DNA of 64,000 bases from Deltaproteobacteria bacterium (GTDB lineage: Bacteria; Myxococcota; B64-G9): assembly GCA_016935365.1 (NCBI GenBank), contig JAFGRB010000013.1, positions 15,990-79,989 on the forward strand, written 5' to 3'. The position numbers and the translations under genes are program-made. The number at the start of each line of letters is the position of its first letter. Position 1 is the stretch's first letter. Below the pieces are notes generated by a model that saw only the letters and a list, made by a program, of their open reading frames with translations, was not told where the DNA came from and did not search any database. Below, piece after piece: positions 37,359 through 48,160 of this stretch.

Positions 37359-37759
37359 TTCGGTTTGACGTTTGCGCGGACCCACGCGATGATGTCCTCG
37401 GTCGATGTGCCCGGCGTGAAGAGTGCCTTGACACCTTTGTTCTTCAGATCGGCGATATCGTCGTCGGGGATGATGCCGCCCCCGAAGACCGCGATGTCCT
37501 GGGCGCCCTTGTCCTCGAGCCCCTTGACCACGGCCGGCATGAGCACGTTGTGCGCACCGCTCATGATGCTCAAGCCGACCGCATCCACGTCCTCCTGCAC
37601 GGCCGTGTTGACGATCATCTCGGGGGTCTGGTGCAGGCCGGTGTAGATCACCTCCATGCCCGCATCGCGAAGCGACCTCGCCACCACCTTGGCCCCGCGG
37701 TCGTGACCGTCGAGGCCGGGCTTGGCGACCAGGATCCGAAGCTTCCGCTCTTCTGCCAT
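37355..37759 (-). CDS. Cobalamin-binding small subunit of acyl-CoA mutase (IcmB-like)
   Basis: [10 protein letters not shown] (DxHxxG), SIMSGAH, GGIIP. Confidence 0.95.
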   Translation of the reverse strand: MAEERKLRILVAKPGLDGHDRGAKVVARSLRDAGMEVIYTGLHQTPEMIVNTAVQEDVDAVGLSIMSGAHNVLMPAVVKGLEDKGAQDIAVFGGGIIPDDDIADLKNKGVKALFTPGTSTEDIIAWVRANVKPK

Positions 37760-37797
37760 CTCCACTCCTCCGCCTGCTTCTCCGGCCCGGCTCGGGC

Positions 37798-39483
<1,686 letters not shown>

Positions 39484-39531
39484 GTGCTCCCAGGTATCTG
39501 AGCATCCGCGCACGCCCGCGCGGAGCGAGGC

Positions 39532-40074
39532 TTATCTCTCGATTCCCACTCGAGCCTCGACGCCTTTGTCGAAGTAGTGCTTGATCAGCTTCATCTCGGT
39601 GACCATGTCAGCCGCCTCGATGATCTTCTCGTGGGCGCTACGGCCGGTCAGGATGAGCTCCACGTGTGCGGGTTTGACCCGGAAGAGCTCCAGCACGTCC
39701 TCGACCGTCACCAGCTTGTAATCCACCGCCACGTTGAGCTCGTCCAGGATGACCAGGTCGTGCGCTCCGTCGCGGATGATCTTCCGCGCCAGCTTCATCC
39801 CGTCCTGCGCCCACTGGATGTCGATCGCCTCGGGGTTCTCCCGCGAGACGAATGTCTCGCGCCCCATCTCCCGGATCTCCATGAAGGGGGCCAGGCGGCG
39901 CGCCGTCTCCAGCTCGCCGTACTCGATGTTGCCCTTCATGAACATGATCATCAGCGTCTTGAGGTTGTGCCCGACGGCTCGGAAAGCCTGGCCCAGCGCG
40001 GCAGTGGTCTTGCCCTTGCCGTCGCCGGTGTAGACGTGGATGAAGCCGTGTTCCAGACGTTTGCGCCTGCCCAT
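39532..40074 (-). CDS. cobO: Cob(I)alamin adenosyltransferase (CobO/BtuR/CobA)
   Basis: YTGDGKGKTTAALG, LVILDE, LILTGR, GIER. Confidence 0.93.
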   Translation of the reverse strand: MGRRKRLEHGFIHVYTGDGKGKTTAALGQAFRAVGHNLKTLMIMFMKGNIEYGELETARRLAPFMEIREMGRETFVSRENPEAIDIQWAQDGMKLARKIIRDGAHDLVILDELNVAVDYKLVTVEDVLELFRVKPAHVELILTGRSAHEKIIEAADMVTEMKLIKHYFDKGVEARVGIER

Positions 40075-40078
40075 TCTC

Positions 40079-41218
40079 TCAGTCCTGCAGCAGTTGTCGC
40101 GCGATCACCAGCCTCTGTATCTCGCTCGTGCCCTCGTAGATGGTCGTCACTCGGCTGTCGCGCAGATAGCGTTCCACCGGATAGTCCTCAACATAACCAT
40201 ATCCACCGTGAATTTGGAAGGCCCGTGCGCAGATCCTGTTGGCCGCCTCGGTGGAGAAGACCTTGGCCATGGAGGCCTGGCGGGTAAAAGGTCTGCCGGT
40301 CTCCTTCAAATGGGCCGCCTGCAGGGTGAGCAAGCGGGCGGCCTCCAGCTCGGTGGCGCTGTCGGCCAGCATCCACTGGATGGCCTGGTGATCGGCCAGG
40401 CGCTTGCCGAAGGTCTTGCGCTCCTTGGCGTACTCGACAGCTGCCTCCAGGGCGGCCTGGGCGATGCCGATCGCCTGGGAGGAGACGCCGATCCGCCCTC
40501 CGTCCAGGGCCTCCATGGCGATGGGAAAGCCGCGGCCCTCCTCACCCAGCAGGGCGTCTTCCGGCAGCTCGGCATCCTCGAAGACGAGCGAGACCGTGTT
40601 GGACGCCCGCAGGCCCATCTTGCGCTCCTCGGCGCCCACGCTCAAGCCGGCTGTGTCCGGAGTGGCCAGGAACGCCGAGATCCCCCGCGAGCCGCTGCCG
40701 CCCGTGCGGGCCCAGACCACCGTCACGCCGGAGTAGGCCCCCGAGGTGATGAACTGCTTGGTGCCGTTGAGCACCCAGCCGCCGTTCTTGCGCCGGGCGC
40801 TGGTCTTGAGCGCGGCCGCGTCCGAGCCGCAGCCCGGCTCCGAGAGCGCGAAGGCGCCGGCCGTGTACTCGCCGGAGCAGATCCTGGGCACGTGCTGGTC
40901 GATCTGGTCCTCACGCCCGAACTTGCACAGGATCTCGGCCACCATGTTCGTGACCGACATGGTCACGGCGGTCGAGCCGCAGCAGCGGGCGATCTCCATC
41001 ATGGCGAGCGCATAGGCCACCACGCCGGCCTCCACGCCGCCCCGGCTCTCCGGTACGTTGATGCCCATCAGACCGAGCCCGGCCATCTTGGCGAGCAGCT
41101 CCTTCGGAAAGACACCCTCGCGCTCGCGCTCCGCGGCCCCGGGCAGCAGCTCCTTGATGGCGAAGTCCCGCGCTGTCTGGCGGATGAGCTGCTGGGTCTC
41201 GCTCAGCTCGAATTCCAT
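40079..41218 (-). CDS. Short/branched-chain acyl-CoA dehydrogenase (butyryl-CoA DH-like)
   Basis: LSEPGCGSD, LDGGRIG, HGGYGY, IYEGTSEIQR with catalytic Glu. Confidence 0.95.
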   Translation of the reverse strand: MEFELSETQQLIRQTARDFAIKELLPGAAEREREGVFPKELLAKMAGLGLMGINVPESRGGVEAGVVAYALAMMEIARCCGSTAVTMSVTNMVAEILCKFGREDQIDQHVPRICSGEYTAGAFALSEPGCGSDAAALKTSARRKNGGWVLNGTKQFITSGAYSGVTVVWARTGGSGSRGISAFLATPDTAGLSVGAEERKMGLRASNTVSLVFEDAELPEDALLGEEGRGFPIAMEALDGGRIGVSSQAIGIAQAALEAAVEYAKERKTFGKRLADHQAIQWMLADSATELEAARLLTLQAAHLKETGRPFTRQASMAKVFSTEAANRICARAFQIHGGYGYVEDYPVERYLRDSRVTTIYEGTSEIQRLVIARQLLQD

Positions 41219-41230
41219 GCTCTCCCTCCG

Positions 41231-41286
41231 GTTGACGCAAGGGTCAAGCGCCTCTCGGACCTAGCAGAATCCTACTGCGATGTCAA
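41231..41286 (-). promoter_or_regulatory. Promoter TTGACA-17-TAGGTC (extended TG) with downstream inverted repeat TTGAC-N6-GTCAA
   Basis: -35 at 41286-41281, -10 at 41263-41258; inverted repeat 41232-41247 just upstream of the acyl-CoA DH SD. Confidence 0.55.
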
Positions 41287-41326
41287 CGGCTTCGGGCTGA
41301 GCTGCGCGCCGATCCAGCCGGGCGGA

Positions 41327-41355
41327 TTGACGCCTCGCGCCCGCGACCTTATGCT
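41327..41355 (+). promoter_or_regulatory. Sigma70 promoter TTGACG-17-TATGCT
   Basis: Upstream of the GTG at 41392. Confidence 0.6.
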
Positions 41356-41391
41356 GGATATGCTTGTGAGTGTCTAGATGGAGGTCCGGGA

Positions 41392-41787
41392 GTGGCATTC
41401 GCGATCTGGATAGGCGTCGGCGCGCTCATCGCCGCGGTGATCGTGTGGCGTCTCTTCGTCCCCTCGCTCGATCGGATCATCGACGCGGCCATCCGGGAGG
41501 GCGACCTGGCGCCGATCCTGTCCGCGATCGCCAGGAAATCCGAGTCCGCCCAGCCGGCCGCGTACAACCATGCCATCCGCCGGCTGTGGGACGGCTTCCA
41601 GCGCAAGGAGGCCGCCGAGCTGCTCAGGCACATGGTTCGTGATTTCGGCACCGCCCCGATCGCCCAGTACTGGCTCAAGCAGGTGATGACCGTCGAGCCC
41701 TCCATCGCGCGGAACCAGCTCGGCAAGAAGTTCTACGAGACCTACTACCTGCCCGATCTGGCCGCCCAGTGCGGCCCGGTCGGGTGA
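41392..41787 (+). CDS. Membrane-anchored hypothetical protein; candidate selenoprotein (readthrough to 41796)
   Basis: GGAGG SD, GTG start, N-terminal TM, helical body, ends AQCGPVG-TGA-GCG-CGC-TAG. Confidence 0.8.
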   Translation: MAFAIWIGVGALIAAVIVWRLFVPSLDRIIDAAIREGDLAPILSAIARKSESAQPAAYNHAIRRLWDGFQRKEAAELLRHMVRDFGTAPIAQYWLKQVMTVEPSIARNQLGKKFYETYYLPDLAAQCGPVG

Positions 41788-41797
41788 GCGCGCTAGC

Positions 41798-41815
41798 GCC
41801 CGCCGGTCGGCGGGC
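41798..41815 (+). other. GC hairpin GCCCGCC-GGTC-GGCGGGC: SECIS-like element or bidirectional terminator
   Basis: Perfect 7-bp stem; loop starts after 17 nt following the TGA; no U-tract on either strand. Confidence 0.5.
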
Positions 41816-42886
41816 CTACTTCGCGCAGCAGTCCTCTTCGCGGGTCGTGCAATCGAGCGCCAGATCCTCGAGATGCCGCTCGGGAACGCGGATTTCGTTC
41901 TGCTCGAGGTAGTAGATCATCAGGTACTCCTCGGCTGTCTTCTTGGGACCGGGCATGCCCGAGATGGTGCGCTGGTAGGAGTTGATCTGACGCTCGCGGA
42001 AGGTGAAGAACATGTCCTTGGCGCTGGACGTGGTCTGGTGCAGCCTCGAGAGCGGCACGTTGAATATCTGGGCCACGTCGGCCGGTCCGAGCACCTCCTT
42101 CTGGTGCCGCTGCATGTAGCGCCGCATCGTCTCGAGCTCTTCGAAGGTGGCGTTGAAGACCAGCTCCATCAAGGCCTGCTGCTCGTCGTCCGAGATGTGC
42201 TCGCGGGTGAAGTAGTCGATGACCGCCGGGTCGCAGCCCTCGCGCATCAGAGAAAGGATCTCGGTCGTGCCCGACAGCGTGCCGTAGGTGATCCGAACCT
42301 TGGCCTTGGCCTCCCAGATGGACTCGAGCAGGGGAAAGAAGTCCTTGACCGAACGAGAGGTGCGGTGCTCCCAGAGATCGGCCAGCAGGTAGACCGCCTT
42401 GCGGCGCAGGTCCAGATGGGCGCTGTGATCCGAGGCGATCGAGACCAGGATGTCCTCGGCCAGCAGGGTCAGGACATTCTCCCGGACGAAGTGCATCAGC
42501 TCGTCCTCGAGCGCCGCGCGCTCGTCGCTCTCGGCCATGTGGTGGATCACCACGCGGCACAGCAGCCGGAAGAAGTTGTACCTGGCGACCAGATAGGCAC
42601 GGCCCACCACCGCCCGCGTGGGCATGTAGGCCTCGATGGTATAAGGATTCGATTTACAGATCGCATCCGTCAGGGTGTAGACGTCCCGCAGCTCGCCGGC
42701 CACGGAGTGCGGCTCGATGATGGACGGGTAAGCGACCACGACCTGGCGCAGCCGCACGAGCTGCTCGATGACCTCCTTGAGGTGCTCCGCGCTCGCAGCC
42801 GCCTCGTCGCCGAGATCCGTGAGCGCGACGAGCACCCTGTTCGCCAGAAGGATCTCCTCGGGATCCAGCACCTGTCGCTCGGGCAT
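41816..42886 (-). CDS. Hypothetical all-alpha cytoplasmic protein
   Basis: Long ORF with strong coding codon bias; no family recognised. Confidence 0.8.
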   Translation of the reverse strand: MPERQVLDPEEILLANRVLVALTDLGDEAAASAEHLKEVIEQLVRLRQVVVAYPSIIEPHSVAGELRDVYTLTDAICKSNPYTIEAYMPTRAVVGRAYLVARYNFFRLLCRVVIHHMAESDERAALEDELMHFVRENVLTLLAEDILVSIASDHSAHLDLRRKAVYLLADLWEHRTSRSVKDFFPLLESIWEAKAKVRITYGTLSGTTEILSLMREGCDPAVIDYFTREHISDDEQQALMELVFNATFEELETMRRYMQRHQKEVLGPADVAQIFNVPLSRLHQTTSSAKDMFFTFRERQINSYQRTISGMPGPKKTAEEYLMIYYLEQNEIRVPERHLEDLALDCTTREEDCCAK

Positions 42887-42952
42887 GACGACCTCCACGC
42901 ACCCCCTGAGCGAATCAAGCAAGACTAACCAATCTCGCCCGCGCGGGCAAGC

Positions 42953-44425
42953 TCAGTCGCGAGGAGGGGGCAGCCACAGGCCCCCTGCCCGCTCCTCGAC
43001 CAGGGCGCGCCAGCCCGCCCCTTCCAGCACCTCGATCAGGGCGCTGCCGTAGAGCTCCCGGCTCCACAGCAAGTAGTCGGGCGCGTAGCGCTCGAAGGCC
43101 TCTCGCCAGCCCGGCAGCAGCAGGGCCATCCTGCGGTAGTCCGCGTGCACCTCGGGCGGAAAGGGCTCGGCCCGCCCGTCGATGTAGACCTTGTAGTCGG
43201 GACCGGCCAGGGCCGAGATCGCGCCCCCGAAGCGGTAGGTGTTGAGCACCTTGCCGGGCGGCAGCTCGGAGAGCACGCGAAGGGCGCGGACCGGAAAGAA
43301 GCGCCGGTCCATCCGCGACTCGAGGCTCGCCGGCTCCGCCCCGGCCAGGCATGCCAGGACGGCGATGGCGGCCAGGACCCAGATCCCCCCGCCGGCCCGC
43401 AGCCAGGCTGGCCTCAGCCAGGCGTCCAGCCGCCTCCAGGCGTGCCCCAGGTGAGCCGGCCAGCCGAGCGCCGGTCCGCTCTGCAGGTGCTCCAGAGCCG
43501 CGACGGCCAGCAAGACCGCGGCCATCGGGCTGAAGCGCTCGATCCGCGTGGCCACCAGGGTCAAGCCCAATGCGGGCAGCAGCAAGGCAAAGCAGCGCCG
43601 CCTCGCCCGGGCGGCGGCCCAGAGAGCCAGGCCCGCCAGCGCGGCCAGGCTCGCACCGCAGGTGTTGCCCAGGCTCAGCGGGTGCCACTCGGCCACCTCG
43701 TAGTCGGCGAAGCCGGTCAGGAAACGAAGCGGGTACAGGGGCATGCGCCACGTGTCGGGGCTCAGGGCCGAGGCCAGCAGCGCGAGCGCACACACGAGCA
43801 CTGCCTCGCCGAAGCGCCGCAGCCGAACCGGGCCCTCGACCACGCCATCGGCGGCCTGCCCGAGCGCGAGCGCGCCCAGCAGGGCCGGTCCCGCCACCCA
43901 GCTGCCGTGGAGGTTGGCCCACACGGCGACCAGGGGGATGAAAAGCCAGGCCGCGATCCGCCCTCCTCTGCGGTATCGCTGGACGAGCAGCACCGCCAGC
44001 ACGAAGGCCAGGTGCCCGAGGTGGTAGGCCCGCTCCGCATTCCAGGCATAGTCCTGCGCCCCGAATACCAGCAGCAGGCAGACGAGGCCCAGGAGGTAGC
44101 GCTCGCCCTGGGCCTCGCGGAGCAGCGCGCCGACCAGCAGCACCTCGATGGCCAGGACGAGTGCCGCCAGCAGCGACGGCCCCCAGCCGCCGAAGAGCTC
44201 TGCGCTCCAGGCGCTCAGCACGCAGTAGGCCCACTCGTGGTGCGACCAGAGCTCGGTGGCGGTCAGACTGAAGGGATCGCGGCTCGGAAAGCCGTGCGCG
44301 ATGATCCAGCGCCCGGTGGCAATCGAGAAGAAGAGATCGTAGCTCTCCAGCAGCGAGGCGGCCGCAGGCAGGGCGATGGCCATGGCGAGCAGGGCCGCAG
44401 GTCCGGGTAGCAACAGCCTCTTCAA
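42953..44425 (-). CDS. Polytopic membrane protein, GT-C glycosyltransferase-like
   Basis: DLFFSIATGRWI...DPFS...HEW, WANLHG, EWHP, YIDGRAE; many TM segments. Confidence 0.7.
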   Translation of the reverse strand: MKRLLLPGPAALLAMAIALPAAASLLESYDLFFSIATGRWIIAHGFPSRDPFSLTATELWSHHEWAYCVLSAWSAELFGGWGPSLLAALVLAIEVLLVGALLREAQGERYLLGLVCLLLVFGAQDYAWNAERAYHLGHLAFVLAVLLVQRYRRGGRIAAWLFIPLVAVWANLHGSWVAGPALLGALALGQAADGVVEGPVRLRRFGEAVLVCALALLASALSPDTWRMPLYPLRFLTGFADYEVAEWHPLSLGNTCGASLAALAGLALWAAARARRRCFALLLPALGLTLVATRIERFSPMAAVLLAVAALEHLQSGPALGWPAHLGHAWRRLDAWLRPAWLRAGGGIWVLAAIAVLACLAGAEPASLESRMDRRFFPVRALRVLSELPPGKVLNTYRFGGAISALAGPDYKVYIDGRAEPFPPEVHADYRRMALLLPGWREAFERYAPDYLLWSRELYGSALIEVLEGAGWRALVEERAGGLWLPPPRD

Positions 44426-44449
44426 GGGGCGCGACCTCCGGGCGCGGCC

Positions 44450-44851
44450 TCAGGGTATGGCGTAGCGGATCTCGCTTCCGCCGACCACGACCAGCTCGCG
44501 CTTGACCACGACCGGCACCGTGCTGGTCGAGCGAAAGAGCTTCAGCTGCAGATCGTAGCGGCCTCGCACGAGCTCCAGCTTGTGCCGCAGAGGTGCTCGG
44601 GGCGGGTGCTCGTCGTCGAAATGGAAGACGGTCACCGACGCGCACCGGCCGTCCTCGTCCAGCACGCTCATCTCCACCCGCACGAGCTCTCGCGACCATT
44701 CGGCGGACAGGTCGAGCCGGAGATCGATCTCGTGCCTGAGCGCCGTCACCAGGTGTACGGCCGCCAGGCCGATCGCCGAACCCAGCAAGGCCAGCGGGAT
44801 CAGCCGACGAAGCGCAAAAGCCAACCGGGTCTGCCGGCCGTCTGCGCTCAA
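44450..44851 (-). CDS. Hypothetical protein with N-terminal TM and beta-rich domain
   Basis: TTG start overlapping the upstream TGA; 3' part of track ORF 44450..45304. Confidence 0.6.
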   Translation of the reverse strand: MSADGRQTRLAFALRRLIPLALLGSAIGLAAVHLVTALRHEIDLRLDLSAEWSRELVRVEMSVLDEDGRCASVTVFHFDDEHPPRAPLRHKLELVRGRYDLQLKLFRSTSTVPVVVKRELVVVGGSEIRYAIP

Positions 44852-47016
44852 AACAGCCACTCGCACAGGCTCCCCTGGCCACCGCCCTGCCCGATACAGC
44901 TCATGCCCAGCACCGGGCAGTCCTCGTCCGTCAGGCAAGCCTGGCTGCAGTAATCGATCCCGGAGATGGGCTCGACGAGACAGATGCCGCTCGTGCAGTT
45001 GACGTCGCCATCCGGGCACGCCTCTCCGAGGCCGCGACCGCTCGGCACGCAGCCCGCGGTCCACAGCGCGCCGTCCGCGAAGCGGGCCTCGAGCGCGACA
45101 CAGGCGAGCCCCTCGGGGCAGTCCGCATCGCTGGCACAAGCCGTCGAGCAGCGATCGCGGGGCGTGCAGAAGGCGTTGGCGCAGTCCGCAGCCGAGCCGC
45201 AGGCTTCGCCAGGGCCAGCGCCTTCGCGCGAGGTGCGACACCTGGCCCGGACGCCGCCATCCCAGGGTCCGGGCTCGGGCATGCAGAGCTCGCCCGCCGG
45301 GCAATCGGCGTCCCGCCGGCAGACGTCGAGGCTTCCGGGCTCATCCACGCACAGCCTGGCGTGGACGGGTCCGCCACCCGCGGTCCAGAGCATGTCCAGG
45401 TCGCAGACCAGCGGTGCCGGACAGTCCTGCGAGTCGAGGCATGCAGACGCGCAGCGGCCCCTCAGCGTGCAGATGCCGTGCTGGCAATCGCCGGTGGCGC
45501 TGCAGGGCTCGCCCGGCGCTGCAGATCCCGTCGCCGTGATCGCGCATTGCAGCAAGCGGGCCCCTGGCTCCGCAGCCGCGCAGACCTCACCCTGTCCGCA
45601 GTCGGCGTCCCGATCGCACTCGCCGCCCGGCATCGCCGGCTGGCATGCCCACTCTCCGTCCGGGGTCTCCAGACAGGCGTAACGGTCCGGGCAATCCGCG
45701 GACTCCGGCCGGCAGGTTTGCGCGCAGAACGCATGCGGCCAGGTCTGGGCGGGCTCGAGACAGAAGCCCTGCCGGCAACCGTCCGGTGTGCAGGGCTCGC
45801 CGAGCTCCAGTCCCATCAGCTGGATCGGTCTGCAGGCCAGCAAGTCCGCCTCCGGCCCCCCGGGCAGCGGCAATCCGAAGCGCGTGCAGCCGAACAGCGA
45901 CGGACAGTCGCTGTCCGAGGCGCAGACCGGGGTGCAGAACCCGTCAAGGCTGCAGATCCCGGTGCGACACCGGTCCTGCGGGCTGCACGGCTGCCCATCG
46001 TCCAGCGCGCAGGGCCAGGGATCGATGCATCGCGCCCGCCAGCTCGTACCGTCCTGCGACGGCAGAACGCTGCACAGCCTGTCCGGCTCGCAGTCCAGGC
46101 TGCGCAGGCAGTCCTCGCCCGGCTGCACGGGTGAGAACGTGCGGCAGGCCCAGAGGCAGCTCTCGTCCGGCTGGCAGACGGTCTCATCCGGGCAGTCCTC
46201 GTCCGAGACGCAGGTCAGAGAGCAGAGCGAGTGTCTCTCGACCTCGTCGTAGATGCAGATCCCGCTCGCGCACATCGGGCTTCCGCCCCGTCCGCACTCC
46301 TCCCCGAAGCCCAGATCGACGGGCAGACAGGTCCTCTGATTGGCGGACGCGTTGTACAGACAGCGGGTTCGCAAGGGACAGTCCGTGTCGTTGAAGCAGG
46401 GGTCCTCCCCACAGCCCTCGATCGGCACGCAAGCTCCCCGATCGCACTCCATGCAGCCCGGGCAGTCGAGGTCCGAGGTGCAGCGGACGCAGCTCGGGAG
46501 CCGCACGCAGACCCCGCTCTGACTGCAGATCTGGCAGGTCGGGCACTGGCTGTCGTCGGTGCAGGCCACGCAGCCGGCCACGTCGATGCACTCCTGGTCG
46601 CTGCAACGCTGGCAGGTCTGGCAGTCCTCGTCGCTCGCGCAGATCACGCAAGCCGTCTGTGCACGGCACTCGCCGTCCGTGCAGCGCTCGCAAGGCTCGC
46701 AGTCCGCGTCGCTCACGCAGGGTGGCGGCCTCTGCCCGGGGTAGCAGCGCATGTCGCGCTCGGCGTCGCAGAAGTACGACACCGGGCAGTCCTCGTGGGT
46801 CTCGCAGTCGATGGTGCAGAAGCGGGTCCCGTCTTCATCTTCGACGCAGATGCCGGAGATACAGCCCTCCTCGCAGTCCGTGCCCACGGCGCGGATGCAC
46901 TCGCCGTCCACTTCCAGAAAGCCCGGATCGCAATTGCCTCGCTGGTAGTGCTCCTCGCACGCCGGACAGGCCGCGATGGCCAAGACGGTGGCCAGTTCTG
47001 CCAGCCGCGCCCTCAT
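44848..47016 (-). CDS. Secreted/lipoprotein Cys-rich repeat protein (CxxDxDC units)
   Basis: Signal-like N-terminus ending IAAC; many CxxDxDC repeats throughout. Confidence 0.85.
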   Translation of the reverse strand: MRARLAELATVLAIAACPACEEHYQRGNCDPGFLEVDGECIRAVGTDCEEGCISGICVEDEDGTRFCTIDCETHEDCPVSYFCDAERDMRCYPGQRPPPCVSDADCEPCERCTDGECRAQTACVICASDEDCQTCQRCSDQECIDVAGCVACTDDSQCPTCQICSQSGVCVRLPSCVRCTSDLDCPGCMECDRGACVPIEGCGEDPCFNDTDCPLRTRCLYNASANQRTCLPVDLGFGEECGRGGSPMCASGICIYDEVERHSLCSLTCVSDEDCPDETVCQPDESCLWACRTFSPVQPGEDCLRSLDCEPDRLCSVLPSQDGTSWRARCIDPWPCALDDGQPCSPQDRCRTGICSLDGFCTPVCASDSDCPSLFGCTRFGLPLPGGPEADLLACRPIQLMGLELGEPCTPDGCRQGFCLEPAQTWPHAFCAQTCRPESADCPDRYACLETPDGEWACQPAMPGGECDRDADCGQGEVCAAAEPGARLLQCAITATGSAAPGEPCSATGDCQHGICTLRGRCASACLDSQDCPAPLVCDLDMLWTAGGGPVHARLCVDEPGSLDVCRRDADCPAGELCMPEPGPWDGGVRARCRTSREGAGPGEACGSAADCANAFCTPRDRCSTACASDADCPEGLACVALEARFADGALWTAGCVPSGRGLGEACPDGDVNCTSGICLVEPISGIDYCSQACLTDEDCPVLGMSCIGQGGGQGSLCEWLF

Positions 47017-47032
47017 CGGCTTCCCCACGGGA

Positions 47033-47455
47033 TCAGGGACCGTCCCCGGTGTCTTCGTTGGCAGGCTTGTCGCGCTTGACCTTGATGCTGGCCTTGGCCC
47101 GCGGTTCGATCGAGTCGGCCTCGTCCACGAAGCGGACCTTGGTGCTGATCTCCAGCGAGATCTGGGTCAGCAGCTTTCGGAGCTCGTCCGCCAGCTGGGT
47201 GGACTCCAAGAAGGAGCGGATCTCCTGGGAGACCACCTTGAAGAGCTCCTGCTTGGTCTTGGCGACCTGGCTCAGCGCGAACTGGATCGCTTCCTTGGGC
47301 AGCTTCAGATCGCTGAGCATGGAGCGAATGCCTTCCTCGGTCATGAACACCGCGCCCACACCCGCCAGCAGCGTCCGCTTGAGGAAGTCGGAAATGGCCC
47401 ACTCGGATCTCTTGCCCTCGTTGAGCTCGGGCGGTCTCTCGTCGTTCTCCGTCAC
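47033..47455 (-). CDS. Hypothetical protein, phasin-like N-terminus
   Basis: LKRTLLAGVGAVFMTEE resembles the phasin/PhaI N-terminal motif; strong SD. Confidence 0.7.
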   Translation of the reverse strand: MTENDERPPELNEGKRSEWAISDFLKRTLLAGVGAVFMTEEGIRSMLSDLKLPKEAIQFALSQVAKTKQELFKVVSQEIRSFLESTQLADELRKLLTQISLEISTKVRFVDEADSIEPRAKASIKVKRDKPANEDTGDGP

Positions 47456-47466
47456 CTCGTCCTCCC

Positions 47467-48120
47467 TCAGAAGTCCACGACGTACCAGCGATCACCCTTC
47501 TTTTCAAGCACCAGCTTCAAGCCCGGTCGGCAGGCGCAAACCGCCTTGCTCTCGGATACCCGCAGCAGGCGGTCGCGCGCTGCGCGCAGGGCCTTGGCCG
47601 CCTCGCCGAGCTCGTCGAGACGGCGCTCGCAGCCCGCCTCCAGGCTCTCCAGAGAGTGCCGGGCCTGGACATCCGGTGGGCTCAGGCGGACCAGGCCAGC
47701 GCAGTGCCGGGCCTCGATCGCGTGCAGGAAGCGGTCCAGGGCTTCCTCGGGGCTGCGGGCCTGCCCCGGGAGCAATGTCCCGGAGCGGATACGCCAGCCC
47801 TGATCGGTCTTGACGAGCAGCAGCTCTCCGCTGGGGCCTCGTATGCGAGCCTCCAGCTGCACCTCGATCGGTCCGCCCGAGCCGCCGAGCTCTCGAAGGC
47901 TCGTGGAAAGCGGCGCACCGCCCCGGGCCACGAAATCCGCCAGGCTCTCCGGCGCGATCGGACCAGCGGCGGGATCGACGCTGACCAGCGCGCCCTCGTA
48001 ATCGCCGGCCTCGATCCTGGCCACATACGCCTGCACCGCCTCGCGCGGCCCGGGCTCGGGCCTGGGGGGGGCGGGACAGCATGCCGCAGCGCCGAGGCAC
48101 GCGGCGGCAGCCGCCAGCAC
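47467..48120 (-). CDS. Hypothetical lipoprotein (two NTF2/DUF4878-like halves)
   Basis: GAAAC lipobox; duplicated PxEAv..f/y...LvkxxxxW pattern. Start uncertain. Confidence 0.65.
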   Translation of the reverse strand: MLAAAAACLGAAACCPAPPRPEPGPREAVQAYVARIEAGDYEGALVSVDPAAGPIAPESLADFVARGGAPLSTSLRELGGSGGPIEVQLEARIRGPSGELLLVKTDQGWRIRSGTLLPGQARSPEEALDRFLHAIEARHCAGLVRLSPPDVQARHSLESLEAGCERRLDELGEAAKALRAARDRLLRVSESKAVCACRPGLKLVLEKKGDRWYVVDF

Positions 48121-48160
48121 GAGCCGCGCGAGCAGGGCTTCGCTGCATTCCCTGCCCGGA

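Noticed and set aside
41219..41391. Cobalamin riboswitch upstream of the mutase/cobO operon
   Set aside because: The region is short and occupied by two promoters; no B12-box recognised.
47504..48148. Alternative ATG-initiated ORF over the lipoprotein gene
   Set aside because: Low-complexity R/G/P translation; the 47467 frame has a lipobox and protein-like composition.
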